Positions 56,931 to 64,000 of a DNA stretch of 64,000 nt are shown piece after piece (the stretch's first letter is position 1; each line of letters opens with the position of its first letter). Source of the DNA: Candidatus Gastranaerophilaceae bacterium (GTDB lineage: Bacteria; Cyanobacteriota; Vampirovibrionia; Gastranaerophilales; Gastranaerophilaceae). The DNA lies in the NCBI GenBank assembly GCA_045651695.1, contig JAZRSZ010000050.1:1701-65700 (forward strand), read 5' to 3'. Position numbers and translations under genes: made by a program. Under the pieces are notes generated by a model that was not told the DNA's origin, searched no databases, and was given only the letters and a program-made list of their open reading frames with translations.

Positions 56931-57968
56931 ATTATTATCAGACTAACACACGCACACATAATCGGAACAGTTATCGCTTATATTTTAGGCGTATTTTTAG
57001 TGCCGCTAGTAATAAGTTTTTCTAAAAAAGAAGGACTCGTTGATATCCCTAACGAAAGAAAAATTCACACCAAACCAATATCTAGAATTGGTGGCGTTGC
57101 AATTTGGGCAAGCACAATGCTCACTTTTTTGTGCCTTGTTTTCTTGAGTTATTATCCTTATGGCAGTTTGTTGTCAGGCATTTTATTAGGAAGTTCTTTA
57201 ATGTTCCTCTTAGGATTAATTGACGATATTTATAATTTAAACGCTAAATTTAAACTTTTTATACAGGTAGCGATTGCCACTTTGGTTTATTTACTTGGTG
57301 TTCAGATTAACGAACTACCAATTGCTGGTGGTATTGATTTAGGAATTTTTTCTTACCCAATAACTTTATTATGGATTGTCGGTATTAGTAATGCAGTAAA
57401 CTTCATTGACGGGGTTGATGGTTTAGCGGGTTCTGTTGTAACCGTCAATGCAATAACTTTAGCAATAATTGCAGTTGCTATGACACCTTCAAGTCCAATT
57501 AGTGCACTAATCGGGTTTATTTTGGCCGGTTCAATGTTGGCATTTTTAACTTTCAACTTTAACCCAGCAAAAATATTTATGGGCGACAGTGGAGCATTAT
57601 TCTCTGGATTTTTACTTGCAACAATTTCCATCACAGGTGTTATGAAAGCCGCAACATTAGCAATTATTGTACCTTTCGTTGTTTTAGCAGTTCCAATTAT
57701 GGACATAACTTATGCTTCATTACGCAGAATTTTGAAAGGTAAATCTCCTTTTGTTGCTGATTCGGAACATATCCATCACAAACTTTTACACGCTGGATTT
57801 TCACAAAAGAAAACTGTTGTTATTCTAACATCAGTTGCAATTCTTGCAGGTGCAATGGCAGCATTCTTTATGGGACATAATACAATGAAAGATTATATGA
57901 TTTATATAATCGTTCTCGTATTATTTATGCTCGGACTAAATTACCTTAAAACAAGAGAAAAGAAATAA
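56931..57968 (+). CDS. WecA/MraY-family polyprenyl-phosphate N-acetylhexosamine-1-phosphate transferase (GT4). The start is probably a non-canonical ATT at 56931 rather than the GTG at 57000.
   Basis: Motifs are GLVDIPNERKIHTKPISRIGG, LIDDIYNL, NAVNFIDGVDGLAG and FMGDSGALF. The reading frame is open from 56910. The upstream extension encodes the expected first TM helix (IIGTVIAYILGVFLVPLVISF). Confidence 0.8.
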   Translation: MIIRLTHAHIIGTVIAYILGVFLVPLVISFSKKEGLVDIPNERKIHTKPISRIGGVAIWASTMLTFLCLVFLSYYPYGSLLSGILLGSSLMFLLGLIDDIYNLNAKFKLFIQVAIATLVYLLGVQINELPIAGGIDLGIFSYPITLLWIVGISNAVNFIDGVDGLAGSVVTVNAITLAIIAVAMTPSSPISALIGFILAGSMLAFLTFNFNPAKIFMGDSGALFSGFLLATISITGVMKAATLAIIVPFVVLAVPIMDITYASLRRILKGKSPFVADSEHIHHKLLHAGFSQKKTVVILTSVAILAGAMAAFFMGHNTMKDYMIYIIVLVLFMLGLNYLKTREKK

Positions 57969-57969
57969 T

Positions 57970-58722
57970 TTATTTAAACATTTCTTTACGTTGCGCTTTA
58001 ATATCTTGAATGATTTGAGGATAATTTTCACTCATCAAATCTCCAACTGATTTATATAATTTTAAAATAGAATTTTGAATATTTGTAGAGTTCATATTAA
58101 CCATATCACACGCCATTTCTTCATTTGAAAGAGCAAGACGAGTCATATCTCTAAAACCACTAGATGCAATCTCTAGTGCCAATTCATTATCAGAAGCAGT
58201 TAAAAATATAGATTGTGCAATAACCATCGGCATATGAGAAATCAATGCAACTGCTTCATCATGTTTTTGTGGAGTCGTTACAACAATTTTTGCCCCTAAA
58301 TCTGTAATAATTTTACCTAACAATTCAGGATATTCTTTTTTGCATACAACCCATTTCGCACCTTCAAACAGCCCATCAAAAGAACTTTCAAAACCTTTGT
58401 GTTCAGTTCCCGCCATTGGATGAGTAGGAACAAAATTGTATGGTCTATTTTTAAGCGTTACAAAATTCTTTAACGAACATACATCAGCAACTATTGCATT
58501 TGGATTTAAAATTCCTTCCAATTTATCCAAAATCTCAAGAGTTTTATTCATAGGTGTACAAACAAACACTAAATCACAAGTTTTTAAAACATCATAATCT
58601 TTAAAAACATTTGGCAATTCAATTGTTCTAGAAACACCAACAACATCATAACCCAATTTAAGTAAAGACTTAAATATTGAGCCACCTATTAATCCTAATC
58701 CAATAATACCAACTTTTGCCAT
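57970..58722 (-). CDS. tyrA: Prephenate/arogenate dehydrogenase.
   Basis: The Rossmann motif is VGIIGLGLIGGS, with DVCSLK and HPMAG. Confidence 0.8.
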   Translation of the reverse strand: MAKVGIIGLGLIGGSIFKSLLKLGYDVVGVSRTIELPNVFKDYDVLKTCDLVFVCTPMNKTLEILDKLEGILNPNAIVADVCSLKNFVTLKNRPYNFVPTHPMAGTEHKGFESSFDGLFEGAKWVVCKKEYPELLGKIITDLGAKIVVTTPQKHDEAVALISHMPMVIAQSIFLTASDNELALEIASSGFRDMTRLALSNEEMACDMVNMNSTNIQNSILKLYKSVGDLMSENYPQIIQDIKAQRKEMFK

Positions 58723-58771
58723 ATTCGTATTATATCAGATTTTGAAATAAATGATATTTGGTAACATATCT

Positions 58772-60016
58772 TTATAACAAATCTTTGTGAGTAAATTCTT
58801 TAGTCCCATCAGCATAATCTTTTACAATATGCCCATTACCAACCAATTTGTATTTATAAATAACCAAACCTTCTAAACCAACAGGTCCTCGTGCGTGTGT
58901 TTTATTTGTTGAAATTCCAACTTCAGCACCAAAACCATACCTAAAACCATCAGCAAAACGAGTTGAAGCATTCATATAAACACCTGAAGAATCCACTTTA
59001 TTCATAAATAATTCTGCATTTTGAATATTATTTGTGAGAATACAATCTGTATGCCCTGAACCATATTCATTTATATGAGAAATTGCTTCTTCTAATGATG
59101 AAACATATTTTACCGCTAAAATTTTATCACCATATTCAAAATCCCATCTTTTTGGATTTTCAATAAGTTTTATTTCAGACAATTGTAATGAAGCCAACAA
59201 TTTTTCAGAGTCCTTAAAATTCTTATGGATTAAAAGAGTCTCAACAGCATTACAAGCACTAGGATACTGACATTTTGCATCAACAACAACTTTTTCTGCC
59301 ATTTGAATATCAGCACTTTCATCAACAAAAATATGACAGATTCCATCTGCATGACCCAAAACAGCAATTTTAGTATTTTCTTTTATAAATTTAACTAAAT
59401 TATTACTCCCTCTAGGAATAATCAAATTAATATATCTATCACACTTCAACATTTCATTGACTTCTTCGTGCGTAAAAATTTGTTGTAAAGCATTTTTAGG
59501 AAAATTTTCAACCTTATCAAGTGCATCATTGATTACTTTTAGAATTGTTTTATTTGTATTTACTGCTTCTTTTCCACCTTTTAAAATGACTGCATTTGAA
59601 GATTTTATCGCCAAAGAACAAATCTGTACGATAACATCTGGGCGTGCTTCAAAAATAATCCCTAAAACACCAATAGGGCAAGTAACTTTGTATAAAGTTA
59701 AATTTTTATCTAATTCTCTAACTAACAATTTTTTATTTACAGGATCATCAAGTTTTGCGACATCACGAATACCCTGTATCATCGTTCTCATTTTATTTTC
59801 ATCAAGTTTTAATCTATTGAAAGTTGCTTGAGACAGTTCACCTTTTTCAACGAAAACTTTTGCCTTTTCTAAATCTTGCTTATTACTTTCAAAAATTTCA
59901 CTCTTATTTTTTTCAAGAGCATCAGCAACCGCGAAAAGAGCCTCATTTTTGTTTTGCATTTCTGCCATCTGTAATGCTGCTATTTTTGCTGCTTTTGCAA
60001 TATTTTCAAAACCCAT
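58772..60016 (-). CDS. proA: Gamma-glutamyl phosphate reductase.
   Basis: Aldehyde-dehydrogenase fold with ILKGGKEA, CNAVETLLIH, GHTDCILT and the typical C-terminal YKYKLVGNG. Confidence 0.92.
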   Translation of the reverse strand: MGFENIAKAAKIAALQMAEMQNKNEALFAVADALEKNKSEIFESNKQDLEKAKVFVEKGELSQATFNRLKLDENKMRTMIQGIRDVAKLDDPVNKKLLVRELDKNLTLYKVTCPIGVLGIIFEARPDVIVQICSLAIKSSNAVILKGGKEAVNTNKTILKVINDALDKVENFPKNALQQIFTHEEVNEMLKCDRYINLIIPRGSNNLVKFIKENTKIAVLGHADGICHIFVDESADIQMAEKVVVDAKCQYPSACNAVETLLIHKNFKDSEKLLASLQLSEIKLIENPKRWDFEYGDKILAVKYVSSLEEAISHINEYGSGHTDCILTNNIQNAELFMNKVDSSGVYMNASTRFADGFRYGFGAEVGISTNKTHARGPVGLEGLVIYKYKLVGNGHIVKDYADGTKEFTHKDLL

Positions 60017-60024
60017 AAAACCCT

Positions 60025-61164
60025 CTACAAAATAGTTATATTATCACGTGTAATAATTGCATCATAGTTTTTAAAACCTAAAATTTCCAATATATTATCA
60101 GAATGACAACCAATAAGTTTTTTACAAGAATCAGAACCATAGTTTACAATTCCTCTTGCAAACTCCTTATGGCTTTCATCCAAAATTGACACTACATCAC
60201 CTTTTCCAAACTTATTTATAACGTCAGAAACCCCTATTGGTAACAAACTTTTTTGTTCCAAAAGTGCTTCTTTTGCACCTGAATTAACAACAATTTTACC
60301 AACAATATTAGTAGCAAAACCAATCCAACGTTTTTTGTCAGATAAACTTTCATTTTGTGGATAAAACATTGTCCCATATTCTTCACAATTAAAAATTTTC
60401 TTTAATATGTATGGTACAGTACCATTTGCAATAAGCATTTTGCAACCAAAACGAGTAACCATTCTTGCGGCTTCAAGTTTTGTTGCCATACCTCCACGAC
60501 CACCAGATGAAACCCCTTGTGCTAATGCTAAAACCTCATCTGTAACTTCATGAACTTCAGAAATAATTTTTGCATTTGGATTTTCTTTTGGATTTGAATC
60601 AAACAAACCATCTATATCAGACAAGATTATTAACAAATCAGCATCTAATTCGCTTGCAACAAGTGCGGATAATTTGTCATTATCTGAAAAACAAACTTGC
60701 TTATCGATCATTTTAGATGAAATTTCAACTGTAGAAACAGTATCGTTCTGATTAATCACAGGAACTGTACCTAATTCTAAAAGCCTATTCAACGTGGTTC
60801 TCAAACTTAAATATTTTGTACGATTTGCAAAATCATCCTCAGTCAACAATATTTGCGCTGCAACCAAACCATAAGTATCAAAACCTTCTTCGTAAATTGA
60901 CATCAATTTACCTTGACCAATTGCAGCACACGCTTGTTTTAATGCTGTTCCTTCAGTACTTTTTAGTCCTAATCGTTTTTTACCTAAACCAACAGCACCT
61001 GAGGTTATAACAATAACTTCTTTACCCATTTTTACAAGGGCTGAAATATCTTCAATAAAAGAAAAAATTCTAGGTAAAGAAACATTACCGTCGGAATTCC
61101 TCAAAATATTTGTACCAAGTTTGATAACAATACGTTTTGCTTTTATAAATTTTTTTCTATCCAT
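60025..61164 (-). CDS. proB: Glutamate 5-kinase (with a C-terminal PUA domain).
   Basis: Motifs are RIVIKLGTN, ITSGAV, NDTV, DNDKLSA and GGMATKL. The PUA tail is GKGDVVSI. Confidence 0.92.
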   Translation of the reverse strand: MDRKKFIKAKRIVIKLGTNILRNSDGNVSLPRIFSFIEDISALVKMGKEVIVITSGAVGLGKKRLGLKSTEGTALKQACAAIGQGKLMSIYEEGFDTYGLVAAQILLTEDDFANRTKYLSLRTTLNRLLELGTVPVINQNDTVSTVEISSKMIDKQVCFSDNDKLSALVASELDADLLIILSDIDGLFDSNPKENPNAKIISEVHEVTDEVLALAQGVSSGGRGGMATKLEAARMVTRFGCKMLIANGTVPYILKKIFNCEEYGTMFYPQNESLSDKKRWIGFATNIVGKIVVNSGAKEALLEQKSLLPIGVSDVINKFGKGDVVSILDESHKEFARGIVNYGSDSCKKLIGCHSDNILEILGFKNYDAIITRDNITIL

Positions 61165-61223
61165 ACCCTTATTGTATCAAAAATTTATTATACATACAAG
61201 AATTTTTGTAATATACTCTAATT

Positions 61224-62345
61224 ATGAAAAACATTAGGCAAACAAACATAAATGTTCATCGTGATGCTTGGGTTGAGATCAATATAGGCAACCTTGAACA
61301 CAATATTAAAGAGATTAAAAAGTTTGTACCTGAGAATAAGAAAATTTTAGGGGTTGTAAAAGCAGACGCATACGGACATGGTGCAGTAATGCTTGCTCCT
61401 ACGATTTTGGCTAGCGGAATAAATATGCTTGGCGTTGCATCTATTGATGAAGGCGTTGATCTTCGAAACGCAAACATAAATTGTGAAATCCTTGTACTCG
61501 GGGCAGTGCCTGTTTGGGCCGTTGAAAGTGCTGTAAAATCAGATTTAAGTATTTCAATTTTCTCAAAAGGGCATATTGATGCCTGCAAAAAAGCATTTGA
61601 GAGAACAGGGATTAAACCAAAGGTTCACATCAAAATAGATACAGGAATGAATAGAATCGGAGTCTCAACAGAAGATGCCGTTGATTTTATAAAACAAGTT
61701 CAAAATTCTGAATTTATCAATTTTCAAGGTATTTTCACACATTTAGCGATGGCTGAAAACATTGAAGAAACAGATAAACAAATCCAAAAATGGCAAGAAA
61801 TCATAAAACAAATTGATACTGAAGGACTACTATTACACGTTCAAAATACAGCAGGAACAATTTGCTATGATATAGAAAACACAAATATGTGCCGAGTTGG
61901 AATTTCTTTATATGGATTAGCTCCTGATTATCCACAAAACAGTAATATTAAAATAAACCTTAAACCGTTAATTTCTTTAAAGGGCAGAATTGTAAATATC
62001 CACCAAATGCAAAAAGGTCAAGGGGTAAGTTATTCTTACACATATAAAGCAAATGATAAACGAGATATTGCAACGATTCCTGTCGGATATGCAGACGGTG
62101 TAGAAAGGGCATTGTCTAACAAAATAAAAGGAACTACTAATAATAAAACAATCCAACAAATCGGTAATATCACAATGGATCAAATGATGTTTGATGTTAC
62201 AGGAATTGATTGTACTATCGGAGATGTTATTACACTATTAGATGAAACAAACTCAATAGATGAGTGGGCAAAAATATTAAACACAATAAATTACGAATTA
62301 ACATGTAGATTAAAGGTAAGATTACCAAGAGTTTATACGAGGTAG
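61224..62345 (+). CDS. alr: Alanine racemase.
   Basis: The PLP motif is VVKADAYGHGA, with CRVGISLYG and YGY/GYADG. Confidence 0.92.
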   Translation: MKNIRQTNINVHRDAWVEINIGNLEHNIKEIKKFVPENKKILGVVKADAYGHGAVMLAPTILASGINMLGVASIDEGVDLRNANINCEILVLGAVPVWAVESAVKSDLSISIFSKGHIDACKKAFERTGIKPKVHIKIDTGMNRIGVSTEDAVDFIKQVQNSEFINFQGIFTHLAMAENIEETDKQIQKWQEIIKQIDTEGLLLHVQNTAGTICYDIENTNMCRVGISLYGLAPDYPQNSNIKINLKPLISLKGRIVNIHQMQKGQGVSYSYTYKANDKRDIATIPVGYADGVERALSNKIKGTTNNKTIQQIGNITMDQMMFDVTGIDCTIGDVITLLDETNSIDEWAKILNTINYELTCRLKVRLPRVYTR

Positions 62346-62347
62346 AA

Positions 62348-63595
62348 ATGAATTTTGATTATGGAATAGTTGGTTCTGGTCCAGCGGGTTATACGGCAGC
62401 ATTATACGCAGCAAGTATTGGTAAAAAAGTTGTATTATTTGAAAAAGATTTTGCAGGTGGTGTTTGTTTAAATAAAGGTTGCATACCTACAAAAACCCTT
62501 TTACATAGTGCAGAAATATACGAAACAAATAAAACCTGTTCTGAAATGGGTATTAACATCCCTGAAAATTCTTTTGATTTCACAAAAATTGCAGAAAGAA
62601 AACAAACCGTTATCGAAAAACTTCGTAACGGTTTAGAGCGTTCTTTCAAATCAGCTGGCATTAATTTTATTCAAGCAGAAGCACAAATAATAGATAAGAA
62701 CACAATAGAAGCAAACGGAGAAAAATACACTTGCGAAAAAATCATATGTGCAATTGGTTCTAAACCAAGAGAAATAAAAGGAATGGAATACGACCATAAA
62801 TTAATACTTTCTTCTGACGACATTTTAAATCTAACAATATTACCTAAAAGCATTGTTGTTATTGGTTCGGGCGCAATAGGAGTGGAATTCTCAAGAATTT
62901 TATCTTCATTTGATGTTAATGTAACCTTAGTTGAAGTCGCAGAAAACCTATTACCGCTTGCAGATATTGAAATTTCAAAACGTTTAGAACGAGTTTTCAA
63001 AGCAAAAAATTTAAAATTTTACACAAAAACAACTGTTGAAAAAATCGAAAAAATAGAAAACCAAGTTAATGTTTATTTAAACAACAATGAGGTAATAAAT
63101 GCTGATTGTGCGCTCCTTGCAATTGGTAGAGTTCCAAATGAAATTGAAAAAATTGACGGAGTTATTTACCTTGGAGATGTAGCCGGTTCCATCCAACTTG
63201 CACATTTCGCTAGCAAACAATCAATGAAAGAAGTTTTAGACATACCTTTTGACGAAAATTTTGTTCCGTCAGTAGTTTATGGTTATCCTGAAATAGCGTG
63301 GATAGGCAAAAGAGAACAAGATTTAGAAGTCGGAACATTCCAAAAATCAATGTTACCGATTTCCGCACTAGCAAAATCTCAATGCGATAACGCAACCGAT
63401 GGTATGATGAAAATTTTGATACAAGATAACAAAATTGTTGGGGCACACATTATGTCAAATGAAGCATCATCACTACTTCAACAAATTGTTATTGCTATGC
63501 AAACAGGAATTACCGTAGATCAATTAAAAGCAATCTGTTTTGCACACCCAACATATTCTGAAGGAATTTTAGATTGCTTAATGAGGTTAAAATAA
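62348..63595 (+). CDS. lpdA: Dihydrolipoyl dehydrogenase-like FAD/NAD(P) disulfide oxidoreductase. At 415 aa it is short.
   Basis: The FAD motif is IVGSGPAGY, the redox-active disulfide is GGVCLNKGCIPTK, the NAD motif is VIGSGAIGVE, and the dimerisation domain ends in HAHPTYSE. Confidence 0.75.
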   Translation: MNFDYGIVGSGPAGYTAALYAASIGKKVVLFEKDFAGGVCLNKGCIPTKTLLHSAEIYETNKTCSEMGINIPENSFDFTKIAERKQTVIEKLRNGLERSFKSAGINFIQAEAQIIDKNTIEANGEKYTCEKIICAIGSKPREIKGMEYDHKLILSSDDILNLTILPKSIVVIGSGAIGVEFSRILSSFDVNVTLVEVAENLLPLADIEISKRLERVFKAKNLKFYTKTTVEKIEKIENQVNVYLNNNEVINADCALLAIGRVPNEIEKIDGVIYLGDVAGSIQLAHFASKQSMKEVLDIPFDENFVPSVVYGYPEIAWIGKREQDLEVGTFQKSMLPISALAKSQCDNATDGMMKILIQDNKIVGAHIMSNEASSLLQQIVIAMQTGITVDQLKAICFAHPTYSEGILDCLMRLK

Positions 63596-64000
63596 TGAGA
63601 GAACGATTACCAGAATATTTAAAACGACCAATTATAGATACAGACAAAACAAGAACCGTAAGAAAAATTTTAAAAACCAAATGTTTGAATACGGTTTGCG
63701 AAAACGCTCGTTGTCCAAATAAAAATGAATGTTACACAAAAAACACTGCCACTTTTTTGATTATGGGCAACAACTGTACTAGAAATTGTCGTTACTGCAA
63801 CATCTCTTGCAACAAGCCTGAGCCTTTGGATTTATCCGAACCACTTCACGTTGCAGAAGCAGTAAAAGATTTAGGACTAAAATATTCAGTAATAACATCA
63901 GTTACAAGAGATGACCTAAAAGATGGTGGTGCTGAACATTTCGCTAATTGTATCCACAAGATACGGGAACTATCTCCAGAAACTAAAATAGAAATTCTAA
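63595..64000 (+). CDS. lipA: Lipoyl synthase (N-terminal part; the gene runs off the window end).
   Basis: My own translation from the ATG at 63595 (overlapping TAATG) gives MRERLPEYLKRPIID...CENARCPNKNECYTKNTATFLIMGNNCTRNCRYCNI, which contains the auxiliary and radical-SAM clusters. Confidence 0.9.
   Translation, partial: MRERLPEYLKRPIIDTDKTRTVRKILKTKCLNTVCENARCPNKNECYTKNTATFLIMGNNCTRNCRYCNISCNKPEPLDLSEPLHVAEAVKDLGLKYSVITSVTRDDLKDGGAEHFANCIHKIRELSPETKIEIL

Noticed and set aside
62348-63595. The short (415 aa) dihydrolipoyl dehydrogenase-like gene as a truncated pseudogene.
   Set aside because: All four blocks are present and in frame: the FAD site, the CxxxxC redox disulfide, the NAD site and the HAHPTYSE dimerisation/His-Glu motif. 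It is tightly coupled to lipA (TAATG). It is more likely a compact family member than a decayed gene.

Overview
This is a 64 kb window of AT-rich bacterial chromosome (roughly one-third G+C by eye) that is densely coding, with about 60 CDS. I found no rRNA, tRNA, CRISPR array, transposase, integrase or prophage structural genes.

Most of the window is housekeeping:
- Cell division and DNA repair: ftsZ, ligA, mutL.
- Translation: trpS, rpsO, miaB, queH.
- Biosynthesis: proBA, alr, purB, dxr, ispD, thiL, a DAHP synthase, tyrA, nadK, speB, upp, a PNP.
- Lipoate-related genes: lipA, a dihydrolipoyl dehydrogenase-like gene, a lipoate-ligase-like gene.
- Diderm envelope: lptB, lptF/G, a GT9 heptosyltransferase, a WecA-like gene, MlaD, Slt, and LysM-type amidase and lysozyme genes.

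Several features suggest a non-photosynthetic relative of the cyanobacteria (Melainabacteria/Vampirovibrionia-like): a Ycf45-like R3H ATPase, a VKOR-thioredoxin fusion, the diderm genes, the low GC, and pilin-like proteins with the FTLAEVLITLGIIGVVAA leader. This placement is an inference, not a database result.

The observations I consider most worth a second look are:
1. A pilin-like gene (45034-46158) whose leader carries three tandem prepilin-peptidase sites, encoded on perfect 35-nt GC-rich repeats.
2. Directly downstream of it, two copies of the same terminator hairpin bracket a C-free array of 7 x 9 nt. This resembles two other C-free AGT-rich tracts that share an identical 20-nt core.
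3. A three-gene module (32303-38284): a membrane protein with an acidic repeat region and a TonB-C-like end, a divergent sigma-like protein, and a triple-zinc-ribbon STAND ATPase.
4. A small protein with the MshEN-type 24-5-24 c-di-GMP-binding architecture, next to an orphan 798-aa membrane protein that carries a recurrent SFK-linker-TM module.
5. A coiled-coil protein with an annexin-like repeat.
6. A GGDEF protein whose HD-GYP domain has lost its HD histidines.
7. A WecA-like gene that seems to need an ATT start codon.

All functional calls come from reading motifs in the supplied translations. No searches were run.
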